A program made the translations under genes and the position numbers. Under the pieces are notes generated by a model that did no database searches, was not told the origin of the DNA, and saw only the letters and a program-made list of their open reading frames with translations. DNA of 43,701 nt from Verrucomicrobia subdivision 6 bacterium. GTDB taxonomy: Bacteria > Verrucomicrobiota > Verrucomicrobiia > Methylacidiphilales > Verrucolacustridaceae. Shown in pieces: positions 18,498 through 27,039 of this stretch. Within the stretch, counting starts at the first letter, position 1; each line of letters opens with the position of its first letter. The stretch spans positions 1 to 43,701 of the forward strand of contig CAMCDO010000001.1 of the NCBI GenBank assembly GCA_945873585.1, in the 5' to 3' direction.

Positions 18498-19460
18498 ATG
18501 CGTTATCTATCGGGAATTCAGCCCACAGGAAGGCTTCATTTGGGAAACTATTTTGGGATGATACGTTCTGCAGTGGAGATGCAGAATCAGGGAGAGGCCT
18601 ATTATTTCTTGGCGGATTACCATGCTTTAACGGGGGCGGCGGAGCCTGGGCAACTGCCCTCTTTGGTCCAAGAGACATTTTTAGATTTGCTGGCTTGTGG
18701 GGTGGATCCAACAAAGGCGGTGGTTTTTCGCCAAAGTGCAGTGCCTGAGGTTCACGAGTTGGCTTGGTATCTTTCGACGGTGACCCCAATGGGGCTACTG
18801 GAGAGGTGTCACAGCTATAAAGATAAGGTGAACCGTGGGTTAGCGGCTTCGCATGGTCTTTTTGCTTACCCTGTGCTGATGGCAGCGGACATTCTGATGT
18901 ACGATGCGGATCGGGTTCCAGTAGGGCAGGATCAGAAACAGCACCTCGAGGTGGCGCGGGATATTGCAGGAAAATTTAACGAGAAGTACGGGCAGGTTTG
19001 GAAGTTGCCCGAGTCGGTCATTCGGGAGGATGCGGGGGTGGTGCCAGGGGTGGACGGACAGAAAATGAGTAAATCGTACGGGAACACTTTGGAAATATTT
19101 GCTCCAGAAAAAGATCTGCGAAAAAAAATTATGGGAATCAAAACCGATTCCACCCCAGTGGAGGCACCGAAGGAGGTGGAGGGAAGCACGCTCTGGGGAT
19201 TGGCGCGGCTCTTAGGTAGGGAGGACGAGAGGGTGGAATATCGCGGCTTGTTAGAAAAAGGTGGGGTGGGGTATGGGGATTTAAAAAAGAAACTGGCTGA
19301 TCTTGTTTTGCAGGAGTTTGCGGGGATGCGGAAAAGGCGGGAGGAGTTGGCCGCCGATCCTGCACAACTCGCACGTTGGATGGCGCAAGGTGCAGAAAAA
19401 GCGCGGGGTAGTGCGATGGGAGTTTTGGCTCGCGTTCGTGCGGCGGTGGGGACGACCTGA
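18498..19460 (+). CDS. trpS: tryptophanyl-tRNA synthetase
   Basis: SGIQPTGRLHLGNY, YPVLMAADIL, VPVGQDQKQH, KMSKS. Confidence 0.97.
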   Translation: MRYLSGIQPTGRLHLGNYFGMIRSAVEMQNQGEAYYFLADYHALTGAAEPGQLPSLVQETFLDLLACGVDPTKAVVFRQSAVPEVHELAWYLSTVTPMGLLERCHSYKDKVNRGLAASHGLFAYPVLMAADILMYDADRVPVGQDQKQHLEVARDIAGKFNEKYGQVWKLPESVIREDAGVVPGVDGQKMSKSYGNTLEIFAPEKDLRKKIMGIKTDSTPVEAPKEVEGSTLWGLARLLGREDERVEYRGLLEKGGVGYGDLKKKLADLVLQEFAGMRKRREELAADPAQLARWMAQGAEKARGSAMGVLARVRAAVGTT

Positions 19461-20299
19461 TGATTCCGATGTTGGAGTTGCCTGGGGGGGAAGCTTTGCG
19501 CGTGGAGTTGAGCGCTTTCACAGGTCCACTGGATCTGCTCCTCCATTTGATCAAAGAGCAGGAGATGGATATTTATGACATCCGGCTGGAGAAGTTAACC
19601 GAGCAGTATCTCAGTCGTTTGGACAAGATGAGGGAAGAGAACCTTTCGGTGGCGGGAGAATTTTTGGTGATGGCAGCTACGCTGGTTTATTTGAAAAGTC
19701 GTTCCCTTTTGCCCGTGCAAGATCGTCTGCCGGAAGATGTCGAAGATGAAGATCCTAAGTGGGAGCTGATTCGGCAGTTGATTGAGTATCGTAAATTTAA
19801 GGAGGCGGCAGGGCAGTTGGGTGATCGCGAGGCGCTCCACTCGCGCATCTTTGGGCGGACGCCTGAACGGGTGGTTGCTCCTGCGGCTTTGCAAGGACCA
19901 GGGCAGGTTTCGATGTTTGATTTGGTCTGGGCTTTTCAAAAAATCCTTCGAAATGTGGAGGATCGTGCTCGAGCGGGTCGATTCCAAGATGAGGAGTTTA
20001 CCGTAGGGCAAAAAATCGAATTTCTGCTGGATCGAATGAATCCCGGAGAAGAGGTACTCTTTGAGGATCTCTTCCAGACGGCATCTTCGCGGGGGGAGGT
20101 GGTGGTCACTTTCTTGGCTTTATTGGAGTTGATCCGACTGCAGCAGTTGGCGGCGTGGCAGGAGGGGCCCTTGATGCCAATTCGGATTCGGAGGGCAGCA
20201 GAACCCATTTTGGAAAACATACCCTTGAGTGTTTCTGAAGGAGTTCCCCAGATTCCTGGGGAAGGTGCTGGCCAATCGCCCGACCTTTCCGCAGGTTAA
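19460..20299 (+). CDS. scpA: segregation and condensation protein A (kleisin)
   Basis: FTGPLDLLLHLI, EFLVMAATL..KSR.LLP, VVTFLALLEL. Confidence 0.95.
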   Translation: MIPMLELPGGEALRVELSAFTGPLDLLLHLIKEQEMDIYDIRLEKLTEQYLSRLDKMREENLSVAGEFLVMAATLVYLKSRSLLPVQDRLPEDVEDEDPKWELIRQLIEYRKFKEAAGQLGDREALHSRIFGRTPERVVAPAALQGPGQVSMFDLVWAFQKILRNVEDRARAGRFQDEEFTVGQKIEFLLDRMNPGEEVLFEDLFQTASSRGEVVVTFLALLELIRLQQLAAWQEGPLMPIRIRRAAEPILENIPLSVSEGVPQIPGEGAGQSPDLSAG

Positions 20300-20311
20300 A
20301 GGGTAACGATT

Positions 20312-20926
20312 ATGGAATGGGCACGAGTATTGGAAGCGCTGTTATTTGCGGCGAGTGAACCGATGGAACCGGCGCGTCTGACCACGCTGTTGCGGGATGG
20401 ACCGGACGGGGGCCAAGGGTGGCCTGAGATTAAAGAAGAGGAGTTGCGGGAGGAGTTGGCCCAGCTTTCGGAGCGGTTAGCCCCACGGGGTTTAATTCTG
20501 CGTGAAGTGGCGGGTGGATTTCGGATTGGCACGGCCCCTGATTTGTCGGGTTGGGTGGCTAAACTCAAAGGAGTGGTCCGTCCTCCGCGGTTGAGTCCTC
20601 CCTCTTTAGAAACCATGGCGGTGATTGCTTATCGCCAACCGATTTCCAGAGCGGAGATCGAGGCGGTGCGTGGGGTCGATTGCAGTGGCACGTTAGATAC
20701 CTTGGTCGAGCGCGGAATTATTCGGATTTCCGGACGGAGTGAGGCTCCTGGGCGCCCGATTTTGTACGGAACAACGCCTCTTTTCTTGGAGCATTTTGGA
20801 TTGCGGGATTTGGATGAACTTCCTAATTCGGAAGAGTTGCGCCGAGTTAAACTGCCTGTCCCGGCAGATCCGGCGGGTCCCCAACAGAAGGAGTTGCTGC
20901 ATGAAGCTGTCGAGCCTGCGTCATAA
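20312..20926 (+). CDS. scpB: segregation and condensation protein B
   Basis: LEALLFAA, LETMAVIAYRQPISRAEIEAVRGV, PGRPILYGTTPLFLEHFGL. Confidence 0.95.
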   Translation: MEWARVLEALLFAASEPMEPARLTTLLRDGPDGGQGWPEIKEEELREELAQLSERLAPRGLILREVAGGFRIGTAPDLSGWVAKLKGVVRPPRLSPPSLETMAVIAYRQPISRAEIEAVRGVDCSGTLDTLVERGIIRISGRSEAPGRPILYGTTPLFLEHFGLRDLDELPNSEELRRVKLPVPADPAGPQQKELLHEAVEPAS

Positions 20927-21968
20927 AGTAGATCGATTGGACGACCAGTTGGTCCGTCTGCTTGAGCAGAGGTCGAAGGTGGCGCATGAAATCGGCAGGC
21001 AAAAGATCAAAGCAGGGCATTCTGTTTTAGCCCCAGCGCGGGAGGCTATGCTTTTTCGTCGTCTGGAAGGAAAGTTGAAGGATAAGGGGGCTTTGAATCT
21101 GGCTAGCCTGCGTACCATTTATCGAGAGATCCTTTCCAGTGCGCGGGAGGTACAAGGAGGAACGAGAGTGGCCTACCTCGGGCCGCAGGCTTCTTACTGC
21201 CATCAGGCTGCGCGGGAGAGGTTTGGGGGCAACACGGAGTTAGTTCCTTGCCACAGCATGGCGGAGATATTTTCAGCAGTGGATCGTGGGGAAGTGGATG
21301 CGGGGGTAGTGCCAATGGAAAACTCTGGAGAGGGAGCGGTGGGGGCAACGCAAGAGGCATTGATGACGAGTGCGGGCTGGGTTTGTGGCGAGATTTACCT
21401 GCCGATTCGACATGCACTTTTGGCCCGTACGGCGAAGGGTCCGCTGCGGGTTCTCTATAGTCACCCCCAAGCCTTGGCGCAGTGTCGACACTGGCTGGCT
21501 CTACATCTCCTAGGGATTAAAGTGATCGAGGTTTCGAGCACGGCGGAGGGGGCTCGGCGCGCTTCGCAGGAAAGGGGAGCGGCCGCTTTGGCAAGTTTGT
21601 GGGCGGCGAAAATTCATCGGTTGCAAATTCGCAATCGGGAAGTTCAAGACCAGCCTGGGAACAGCACGAGATTTCTCTGGATTGGCCAAGAGCCAGCACC
21701 AGCTACGGGCAAGGATAAGACGAGCTTACTCTTCACTTTGCCTCACCGAGCGGGGGCATTGGTGCGAGCTTTAGGAGTCTTTGCGCAGAAGAAATTGAAT
21801 TTATTAAAAGTGGAGTCGCGGCCTGCACCAGGCAAGCCATGGGAGTACGTCTTTTTCGTAGATGTGCGTGGCCATGCGGATCGACCTGAATTTAAAAAGG
21901 CGTTGGCCCGCTTGCAGAAGTTAACTTTGGATTTACGGGTTTTGGGTAGCTATCCGGAAGAGCGCTAA
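20901..21968 (+). CDS. pheA: chorismate mutase/prephenate dehydratase (P-protein)
   Basis: LRHKVDRLD chorismate mutase domain, AYLGP, PMENSGEG, SHPQALAQC, NSTRF, ACT-domain ESRP. Confidence 0.94.
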   Translation: MKLSSLRHKVDRLDDQLVRLLEQRSKVAHEIGRQKIKAGHSVLAPAREAMLFRRLEGKLKDKGALNLASLRTIYREILSSAREVQGGTRVAYLGPQASYCHQAARERFGGNTELVPCHSMAEIFSAVDRGEVDAGVVPMENSGEGAVGATQEALMTSAGWVCGEIYLPIRHALLARTAKGPLRVLYSHPQALAQCRHWLALHLLGIKVIEVSSTAEGARRASQERGAAALASLWAAKIHRLQIRNREVQDQPGNSTRFLWIGQEPAPATGKDKTSLLFTLPHRAGALVRALGVFAQKKLNLLKVESRPAPGKPWEYVFFVDVRGHADRPEFKKALARLQKLTLDLRVLGSYPEER

Positions 21969-21969
21969 G

Positions 21970-23307
21970 ATGGCTGAGGAGAGTGCGCCCCCACCGCCGG
22001 GCGGGGAGGTGGAGGCTGGGAAGAAAAAATTACGTCTTAAAGTTACCCAGGTTAAAGAAAATACCCCGAGGGTTCGCCGAAGGGTAGTCACCGCAATGCC
22101 GGCGGCGATTCCTGGGGTGCAAGCGGCTCAGGCGGTGGAAGCGAATCGGGTGGGGGCAGGTCGGATCCTTCTTGATCTTGGGCGGGGCTTGGGCGAATCG
22201 ATCCGTGGTTGGGACAAAAAAATCTGGGTTTGGGTGGGAGTAGTGGTTGGGGTGATGCTGATTTATGGAAGCTGGACTGAATGGAGGAGGACGGTGGTGC
22301 GGGTACGGGTAAATCTGAATGAGATACGATTGGGCGACCGACCCGAGGTTTTGGTTCTTTATGACTTCAGCGAAAGGTTAGCTGGGTTACGTCGCGATTA
22401 CGGGCGGAGGTTGGCTCCGATTCGTCCCCAAATTCGGGAATTGGAGAGAACTCTTGTTTTAGCGAAGGCGGACGCGGCGGGTACGGCGGAGAAAACCCGA
22501 ATGGTTGAGGATGTCTTGCACCAAGAGACGGGCAAAGCGAAAGCGGTTTATGATGATTACCGCACCTCGGTGAGTAAATTATGGTTAGAGGAGGCGGGTT
22601 CCTTGGATTTGGAGTTTGATGCGTATCGAAAGAAGTTTTTAGAGGAGGTGGAGGTTCGAGCACGTGAGGTGGGGTTATTTTATCATCCGGAAGAGGATGA
22701 AGATCTCCAGCAACCTGAGATCGCGGCCAATGAGTACCGTCTGGCCCTTTATCGTGCCCCTCCGAGTATTAAGATGCCTGATCAGTTCGGTTGGATTGAA
22801 AGGAAACTGATCGATTGGCGGAAATTTGAAAAGGATTGGAATGCGCGTTACAAGGGATTAGGGGCCAAGGCAAAACAGTTGAGGAGTCCTGCAAGCACAA
22901 GCCTAGACGAAAAAAAAGAGCGTGTGGGGATTCAAGCTAAAGAGTTAGAGAAATTTCGTGGGGATGCCCTGGCGATTCAGCAGGAGGTGGCGGGCTATGA
23001 GGATCGGTTGAAAGAGTTGCGGGCGAAGGAGGCTTTGGCCAAGGGGCCTTTCGAGGAAGATGTCGCGGCGATTCCTGACGCCTTTCTCTGTCAGCGGATT
23101 CCCTTAGACGCAGATATAGCTGAGATCATGGTGAAGGGAAAAATAGCTGAGGCGGCTCCGAATACCTTGCGGGTAGTGATTCGGGGAAAGCGAAATGGGG
23201 AAATTGCGTGGGCTATTCTACCCTTCGAGCCATCGCCGCATAAGCGAGTCGAGGTTAGGGTGAAGGATGCTGATTTTCACCCAGTCAGTGACTGGCTGGA
23301 AGATTAG
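21970..23307 (+). CDS. hypothetical single-pass membrane protein with long coiled-coil region
   Basis: 445 aa; TM helix IWVWVGVVVGVMLIYGSW; long E/K/R-rich helical stretch; 1 nt after the pheA stop. Confidence 0.8.
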   Translation: MAEESAPPPPGGEVEAGKKKLRLKVTQVKENTPRVRRRVVTAMPAAIPGVQAAQAVEANRVGAGRILLDLGRGLGESIRGWDKKIWVWVGVVVGVMLIYGSWTEWRRTVVRVRVNLNEIRLGDRPEVLVLYDFSERLAGLRRDYGRRLAPIRPQIRELERTLVLAKADAAGTAEKTRMVEDVLHQETGKAKAVYDDYRTSVSKLWLEEAGSLDLEFDAYRKKFLEEVEVRAREVGLFYHPEEDEDLQQPEIAANEYRLALYRAPPSIKMPDQFGWIERKLIDWRKFEKDWNARYKGLGAKAKQLRSPASTSLDEKKERVGIQAKELEKFRGDALAIQQEVAGYEDRLKELRAKEALAKGPFEEDVAAIPDAFLCQRIPLDADIAEIMVKGKIAEAAPNTLRVVIRGKRNGEIAWAILPFEPSPHKRVEVRVKDADFHPVSDWLED

Positions 23308-23415
23308 GGTTAGTGATAGATCTGGAAGAGGCCCCAAAGAATTTTAGCTGCCCCTAAGGAAACGGCTAGGGTGATTCCTAGGTAGAGGAGCCAGTTTGGA
23401 ATGCAGGTATCGGGC

Positions 23416-23718
23416 TTAGATTTTGGGTTTTGGCTCATGTAGATCTTTCCAAAGAAGATATTTTTTAACATCCCGCCCAAGAAGAGTCAGGAAAATTCCC
23501 ATGATGAGAGTGTCGTCCACGATACCGACGAGGGGGAGCATGTCGGGGATGAGATCGAAGGGATTGATGAGATAAGCTAGGCCGAGAATGCCACCTACGA
23601 TAGTGGCGACGGGGAGTTGGCGATATCGACGGGCAAAAAGATCACGGAACATCGCAGGGGCGGTGCGGACTAGGGCGGGCATCTCGGTTAGTTTTGGGGT
23701 GAGTCGAAGGAGTTTCAT
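23416..23718 (-). CDS. YkvA/DUF1232 family membrane protein
   Basis: YLINPFDLIPDMLPLVGIVDD signature. Confidence 0.9.
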   Translation of the reverse strand: MKLLRLTPKLTEMPALVRTAPAMFRDLFARRYRQLPVATIVGGILGLAYLINPFDLIPDMLPLVGIVDDTLIMGIFLTLLGRDVKKYLLWKDLHEPKPKI

Positions 23719-23834
23719 CGGAACGAATAAGCTTTGCAGAAACCGCGCGGGTGAAAAGGTAATGCCGTAGGCTGAAGAAGGATGAGGTGGGTTTCCTGCT
23801 CGACGGAGGGCCGACTAGGTCTCACTATCTGCCT

Positions 23835-24254
23835 ATGAATATTACAAAACTCAGTGTGATTATCGGGGTTTGCTTAGGAATAGTTTCTTTTCAAGGTCTG
23901 GCTCAGACGCCCGACGCGGCGGCTGCGCCTTCGGCGGCAGTGCCTGCGGTGGACAAGGGTGGTTTACTGAAGAAGGTGTCGGCGGCGATTAATCCTGATG
24001 CGGAGGGAGATCGCACGGAGCGGTTTCGGATGGGGTTGGCGGCTTTGGCTGATCTGAATCAAGCGGGGACGACGCCAGAGCAGGCGCTGGCGCAAGCTAA
24101 GACCTCGGGAGGCTTGAGTGGTTCGAAGGTGGAAAAGGCAAGTACCATGCTGATGGAGATGTGGACGTTGAATGTCGATCGGATGACGGAGTCCGCCACA
24201 CTGGAAGCTCTGCGCAGTGGGAAGATGCCTAGCCCTGGTTTGAAGCGACCGTAA
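23835..24254 (+). CDS. hypothetical exported helical protein (apparent paralog of 31407-31913)
   Basis: signal peptide MNITKLSVIIGVCLGIVSFQGLA-Q, Ala/Pro linker, helical domain. Confidence 0.8.
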   Translation: MNITKLSVIIGVCLGIVSFQGLAQTPDAAAAPSAAVPAVDKGGLLKKVSAAINPDAEGDRTERFRMGLAALADLNQAGTTPEQALAQAKTSGGLSGSKVEKASTMLMEMWTLNVDRMTESATLEALRSGKMPSPGLKRP

Positions 24255-24274
24255 GAGATAAAAGAAAACATCTA

Positions 24275-24299
24275 CTGCCGGACTGACAGCTGCCGGCGG
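24275..24299. terminator. GC-rich hairpin between convergent genes
   Basis: CTGCCGG...CCGGCGG; A-rich tract on the left would be the U tract for the minus strand. Confidence 0.35.
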
Positions 24300-24301
24300 G
24301 G

Positions 24302-24484
24302 TTACTTACCGTGTGATTGGGCTAGCCAAGCGGGCTTTTTGGGATTTGCCGTATTGATCGGACGGGGAGCGTTCACTGTGAGGCTGCTGGATTTCTGGTT
24401 GTCCTGGTCTTCTTTGTAGTTTTCAGCTCGTAGAGGAGAAAGAGGCAAGATCAAGCCAAGGAAAAGACAGAAGAATATTTTCAT
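24302..24484 (-). CDS. small exported hypothetical protein (60 aa)
   Basis: signal peptide MKIFFCLFLGLILPLSPLRA-E; fills a gap with no competing ORF. Confidence 0.6.
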   Translation of the reverse strand: MKIFFCLFLGLILPLSPLRAENYKEDQDNQKSSSLTVNAPRPINTANPKKPAWLAQSHGK

Positions 24485-24578
24485 TAACCATGAATAATCG
24501 TGAATTTCTCTTCGTCAAACATTTTCACGGAATGAAAACAGTCTTGCCCGCCCTCGAGGTGTGACCAGCTTCAAAAGG

Positions 24579-25169
24579 ATGAAAATCCTACTTTTTCTGT
24601 GGATAGGGTTGGCTTCCTTTATTACCTGGGCTGAGGATCCGGCTTTGCCTGCGAAGTATAGTGCAGAACTTCAAGTTCAGGCGGACAAGGGGGACGAGGA
24701 TGCACAATTCCAATTGGGAGACTGCTATTTCTTTGGATTGGGATTGAAGAAAGACCAGCGAGAAGGGGTGGCCTGGTACCGAAAGGCTGCGGAGCAAGGG
24801 CAGATGAAGGCTCAATTTAATTTAGGCGGATGCTTGCATGAAGGGCTAGGGACAGAGCCTAGTCTAACAGAGGCGATCTCCTGGTGGAGGAAAGCGGCAG
24901 GACAAGATTATCCCCCAGCCGAGATCAGCATTGGGGATGCCTATGTTTTTGGTCGGGGCTTTGCGCAGAACGAAGAGGAGGGAGTGCGGTGGTATCGAAA
25001 GGCGGCGGATCAGAACTATGCAGCGGCCCAGCATCGCTTGGGGAATTGTTATTTTAACGGGCAAGGAGTGCAGAGAAGTGTGGTGCAGGCGATCCAGTGG
25101 TATCGCAAGGCGGCCGAGCAGAACTATGGGCCATCTTTGAAGGCGCTGGCTAAGTTGGAACCAGAGTAG
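24579..25169 (+). CDS. exported Sel1-repeat protein
   Basis: signal peptide plus four repeats of the type AQFQLG..Y..G.G......WYRKAAEQG. Confidence 0.93.
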   Translation: MKILLFLWIGLASFITWAEDPALPAKYSAELQVQADKGDEDAQFQLGDCYFFGLGLKKDQREGVAWYRKAAEQGQMKAQFNLGGCLHEGLGTEPSLTEAISWWRKAAGQDYPPAEISIGDAYVFGRGFAQNEEEGVRWYRKAADQNYAAAQHRLGNCYFNGQGVQRSVVQAIQWYRKAAEQNYGPSLKALAKLEPE

Positions 25170-25174
25170 GTTGC

Positions 25175-25291
25175 TTACGGAGTCCTCAACCTAGCTACGC
25201 TTAAAACAAAAACCGCGACGGTGAAGGCCAGCATGCCAAGAATGACGAGAATGGGGAAAAGCCAAGAGGTTTTGTCCGGTATCTTAGTCAT
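25175..25291 (-). CDS. small single-TM protein, 38 aa (below the ORF-track cutoff)
   Basis: hand translation MTKIPDKTSWLFPILVILGMLAFTVAVFVLSVARLRTP*; fills the intergenic gap. Confidence 0.6.
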   Translation of the reverse strand: MTKIPDKTSWLFPILVILGMLAFTVAVFVLSVARLRTP

Positions 25292-25366
25292 AAAGATTAG
25301 TTAAGGCATTGGGGATCGGTTGTGAAGTCTGGATTGTTCTCTCGCAAGGATAAGCGAGGATCTCTC

Positions 25367-26218
25367 ATGTACATTGTTCGTCATGGAAAGGGTCGGCATG
25401 GAGTAGTGGGTCTCCATGGTTGGAGCGGTGACCACACAACCTTCGATCCTTTGTTGCCCTACCTGAATCCTGAGACCACTTTCTTTGCGGTTGATTTACC
25501 AGGATGCGGAAAATCACCAGAGCCAAAAGTGTGGGAGATGAAAAGAGTAGGTCGCGAGTTGGCGAGGGAGTTAATTGCTTTGGATCATGTTCATTTAACT
25601 CTTGCGGGAAACTGTAGCGGAGCGCTTTTGGCACTTTTCGCCATACGAGAATTAAGGGAGATGGGGCGAGGGGATGTGGTGGGGCGGTTGGTGATGATTG
25701 ATCCATTTGCCTACTGCCCTTGGTATCTAGAAATCTTCGTCCATCCAGCGTTGGGTCCTTTGGGTTGGTGGATTTACGCGGCAACCTTTGCCAATCCGAT
25801 CGGCCGATCTCTGCTCAACTTATGCCTGCGAGGAATGAGGACTGAGGATACCCATCTGACAGAAACCTTTGCTGAAGTGAACCAGCGGGCCACTTGGCGC
25901 TTTTTGAAGATGATGTATGAGTGTGGTCCCCCTAGCGCCTTTGAGGGTCTGCCGGTTCCAGTGGAAATTATGGCTGGAGAAAACAGTTTTGCGGTGGTGG
26001 TAAAGTCTCTGAAGATATGGAAGAAAGTTCTTCCTCAAGTGGTCGTACATGTATTGCCTGGGACGTGCCACCTGCCGATTGAGGAGGATCCGAATAGTGT
26101 CGCGAAGATTCTCTTTCGAGTACCAAGTAAGGTGCCAATTCCCAAAACCAAGAAGTTATCTTCGCAAAGTGCCCGCCAACTCAGGGAGGAGCGAAACGAG
26201 ATGACGCGGGGGGATTAG
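25367..26218 (+). CDS. alpha/beta-fold hydrolase with atypical G-N-C-S-G nucleophile elbow
   Basis: HGW oxyanion motif, DLPGCGKS, LAGNCSG, late His in GTCHLP; start 25367 or GTG 25322. Confidence 0.85.
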   Translation: MYIVRHGKGRHGVVGLHGWSGDHTTFDPLLPYLNPETTFFAVDLPGCGKSPEPKVWEMKRVGRELARELIALDHVHLTLAGNCSGALLALFAIRELREMGRGDVVGRLVMIDPFAYCPWYLEIFVHPALGPLGWWIYAATFANPIGRSLLNLCLRGMRTEDTHLTETFAEVNQRATWRFLKMMYECGPPSAFEGLPVPVEIMAGENSFAVVVKSLKIWKKVLPQVVVHVLPGTCHLPIEEDPNSVAKILFRVPSKVPIPKTKKLSSQSARQLREERNEMTRGD

Positions 26219-26313
26219 GATTTGAAAGCTGGGCGAACCGAGATTAGCTGCGACGGTATTTGGAAAGATATTTTAAGGCTTGGTGAGCCCAATCCCCGTC
26301 TCAGGATAGAGCC

Positions 26314-26781
26314 ATGCTAAGTAGATGCCCTCAGGGGTGCCTCTGCCTCGCGGTCCTTTCCGGGTTGGTGGCTCCGCTGGTCCAAGCTGCCGATCCAGTT
26401 GCAGATTTCTGGGATGAGGTCAATCGGAGTGAAGTTATTTTCGTGGTTCCATCGGATGGGATCGAAAGCCCTGAGGCGGCAGCAGTTCGAAGAGAAAGGG
26501 TTTTTGAAGAAGCCAAGGATGTGGCTTTGAATCGACGTTTTGTTGAACAGAAAACCTACTGGGTGGGTGGAGAGTGGGTTCGGCAAGGACAGGTACTGGG
26601 ACCAGCTCAAACAGAGGGGGAGTTAATCGACTCCGACGGGGATGGTTTCGACGACTTTACGGAGATTCGATTTCATACCGATCCCATGGATGGGGAGTCG
26701 ACACCCTCCAAATACTTTGAAGCGAAAGGGAAAAACCGCGTGATCTTTTTTACGACGAATCAGACGGCCCACGCTCGATGA
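26314..26781 (+). CDS. exported hypothetical protein with one TSP3-like Ca-binding motif
   Basis: signal peptide ending VQA-A; DSDGDGFDDFTEIRFHTDPMDGESTP. Confidence 0.75.
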   Translation: MLSRCPQGCLCLAVLSGLVAPLVQAADPVADFWDEVNRSEVIFVVPSDGIESPEAAAVRRERVFEEAKDVALNRRFVEQKTYWVGGEWVRQGQVLGPAQTEGELIDSDGDGFDDFTEIRFHTDPMDGESTPSKYFEAKGKNRVIFFTTNQTAHAR

Positions 26782-26981
26782 GATTTAATTCCTGCTGCTT
26801 GATGATTCTAATTTTCCTCGGATCAATCTGGAGAATTCACTCACAGAATCTTTCTCCCATGGTGGAGCCCTGCATAACGGGCCCCGATTGCCGTTGTCCC
26901 TGCACTCTGCCGAGCAAGCCCTGCCCATGCATTAAGAAGTGTCTTACCGAACCAGAGAAAACCAAAGAGCTAGTGCCGTAG
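26778..26981 (+). CDS. small Cys/Pro-rich exported peptide
   Basis: ATGA overlap with the upstream gene; hydrophobic N-terminus; 7 Cys within 24 residues of the predicted mature part. Confidence 0.55.
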   Translation: MRFNSCCLMILIFLGSIWRIHSQNLSPMVEPCITGPDCRCPCTLPSKPCPCIKKCLTEPEKTKELVP

Positions 26982-27039
26982 TGATTCGACAAAAAAGCTA
27001 ATCAAGATAAATTAGGAACGATATGATTCAAATTGACCT

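Noticed and set aside
18932-19546. 204-aa ORF antisense to trpS
   Set aside because: Mirror frame of a conserved gene; no independent signal.
20739-20900. Long N-terminal extension of pheA
   Set aside because: Inside scpB; the chorismate mutase domain starts at ATG 20901, preceded by AAGGAG.
24680-25130. Recurring TGGTAYCGNAAGGCNGCNGA-like DNA repeats
   Set aside because: They encode the Sel1 repeats; degenerate and in frame, so not a CRISPR array.
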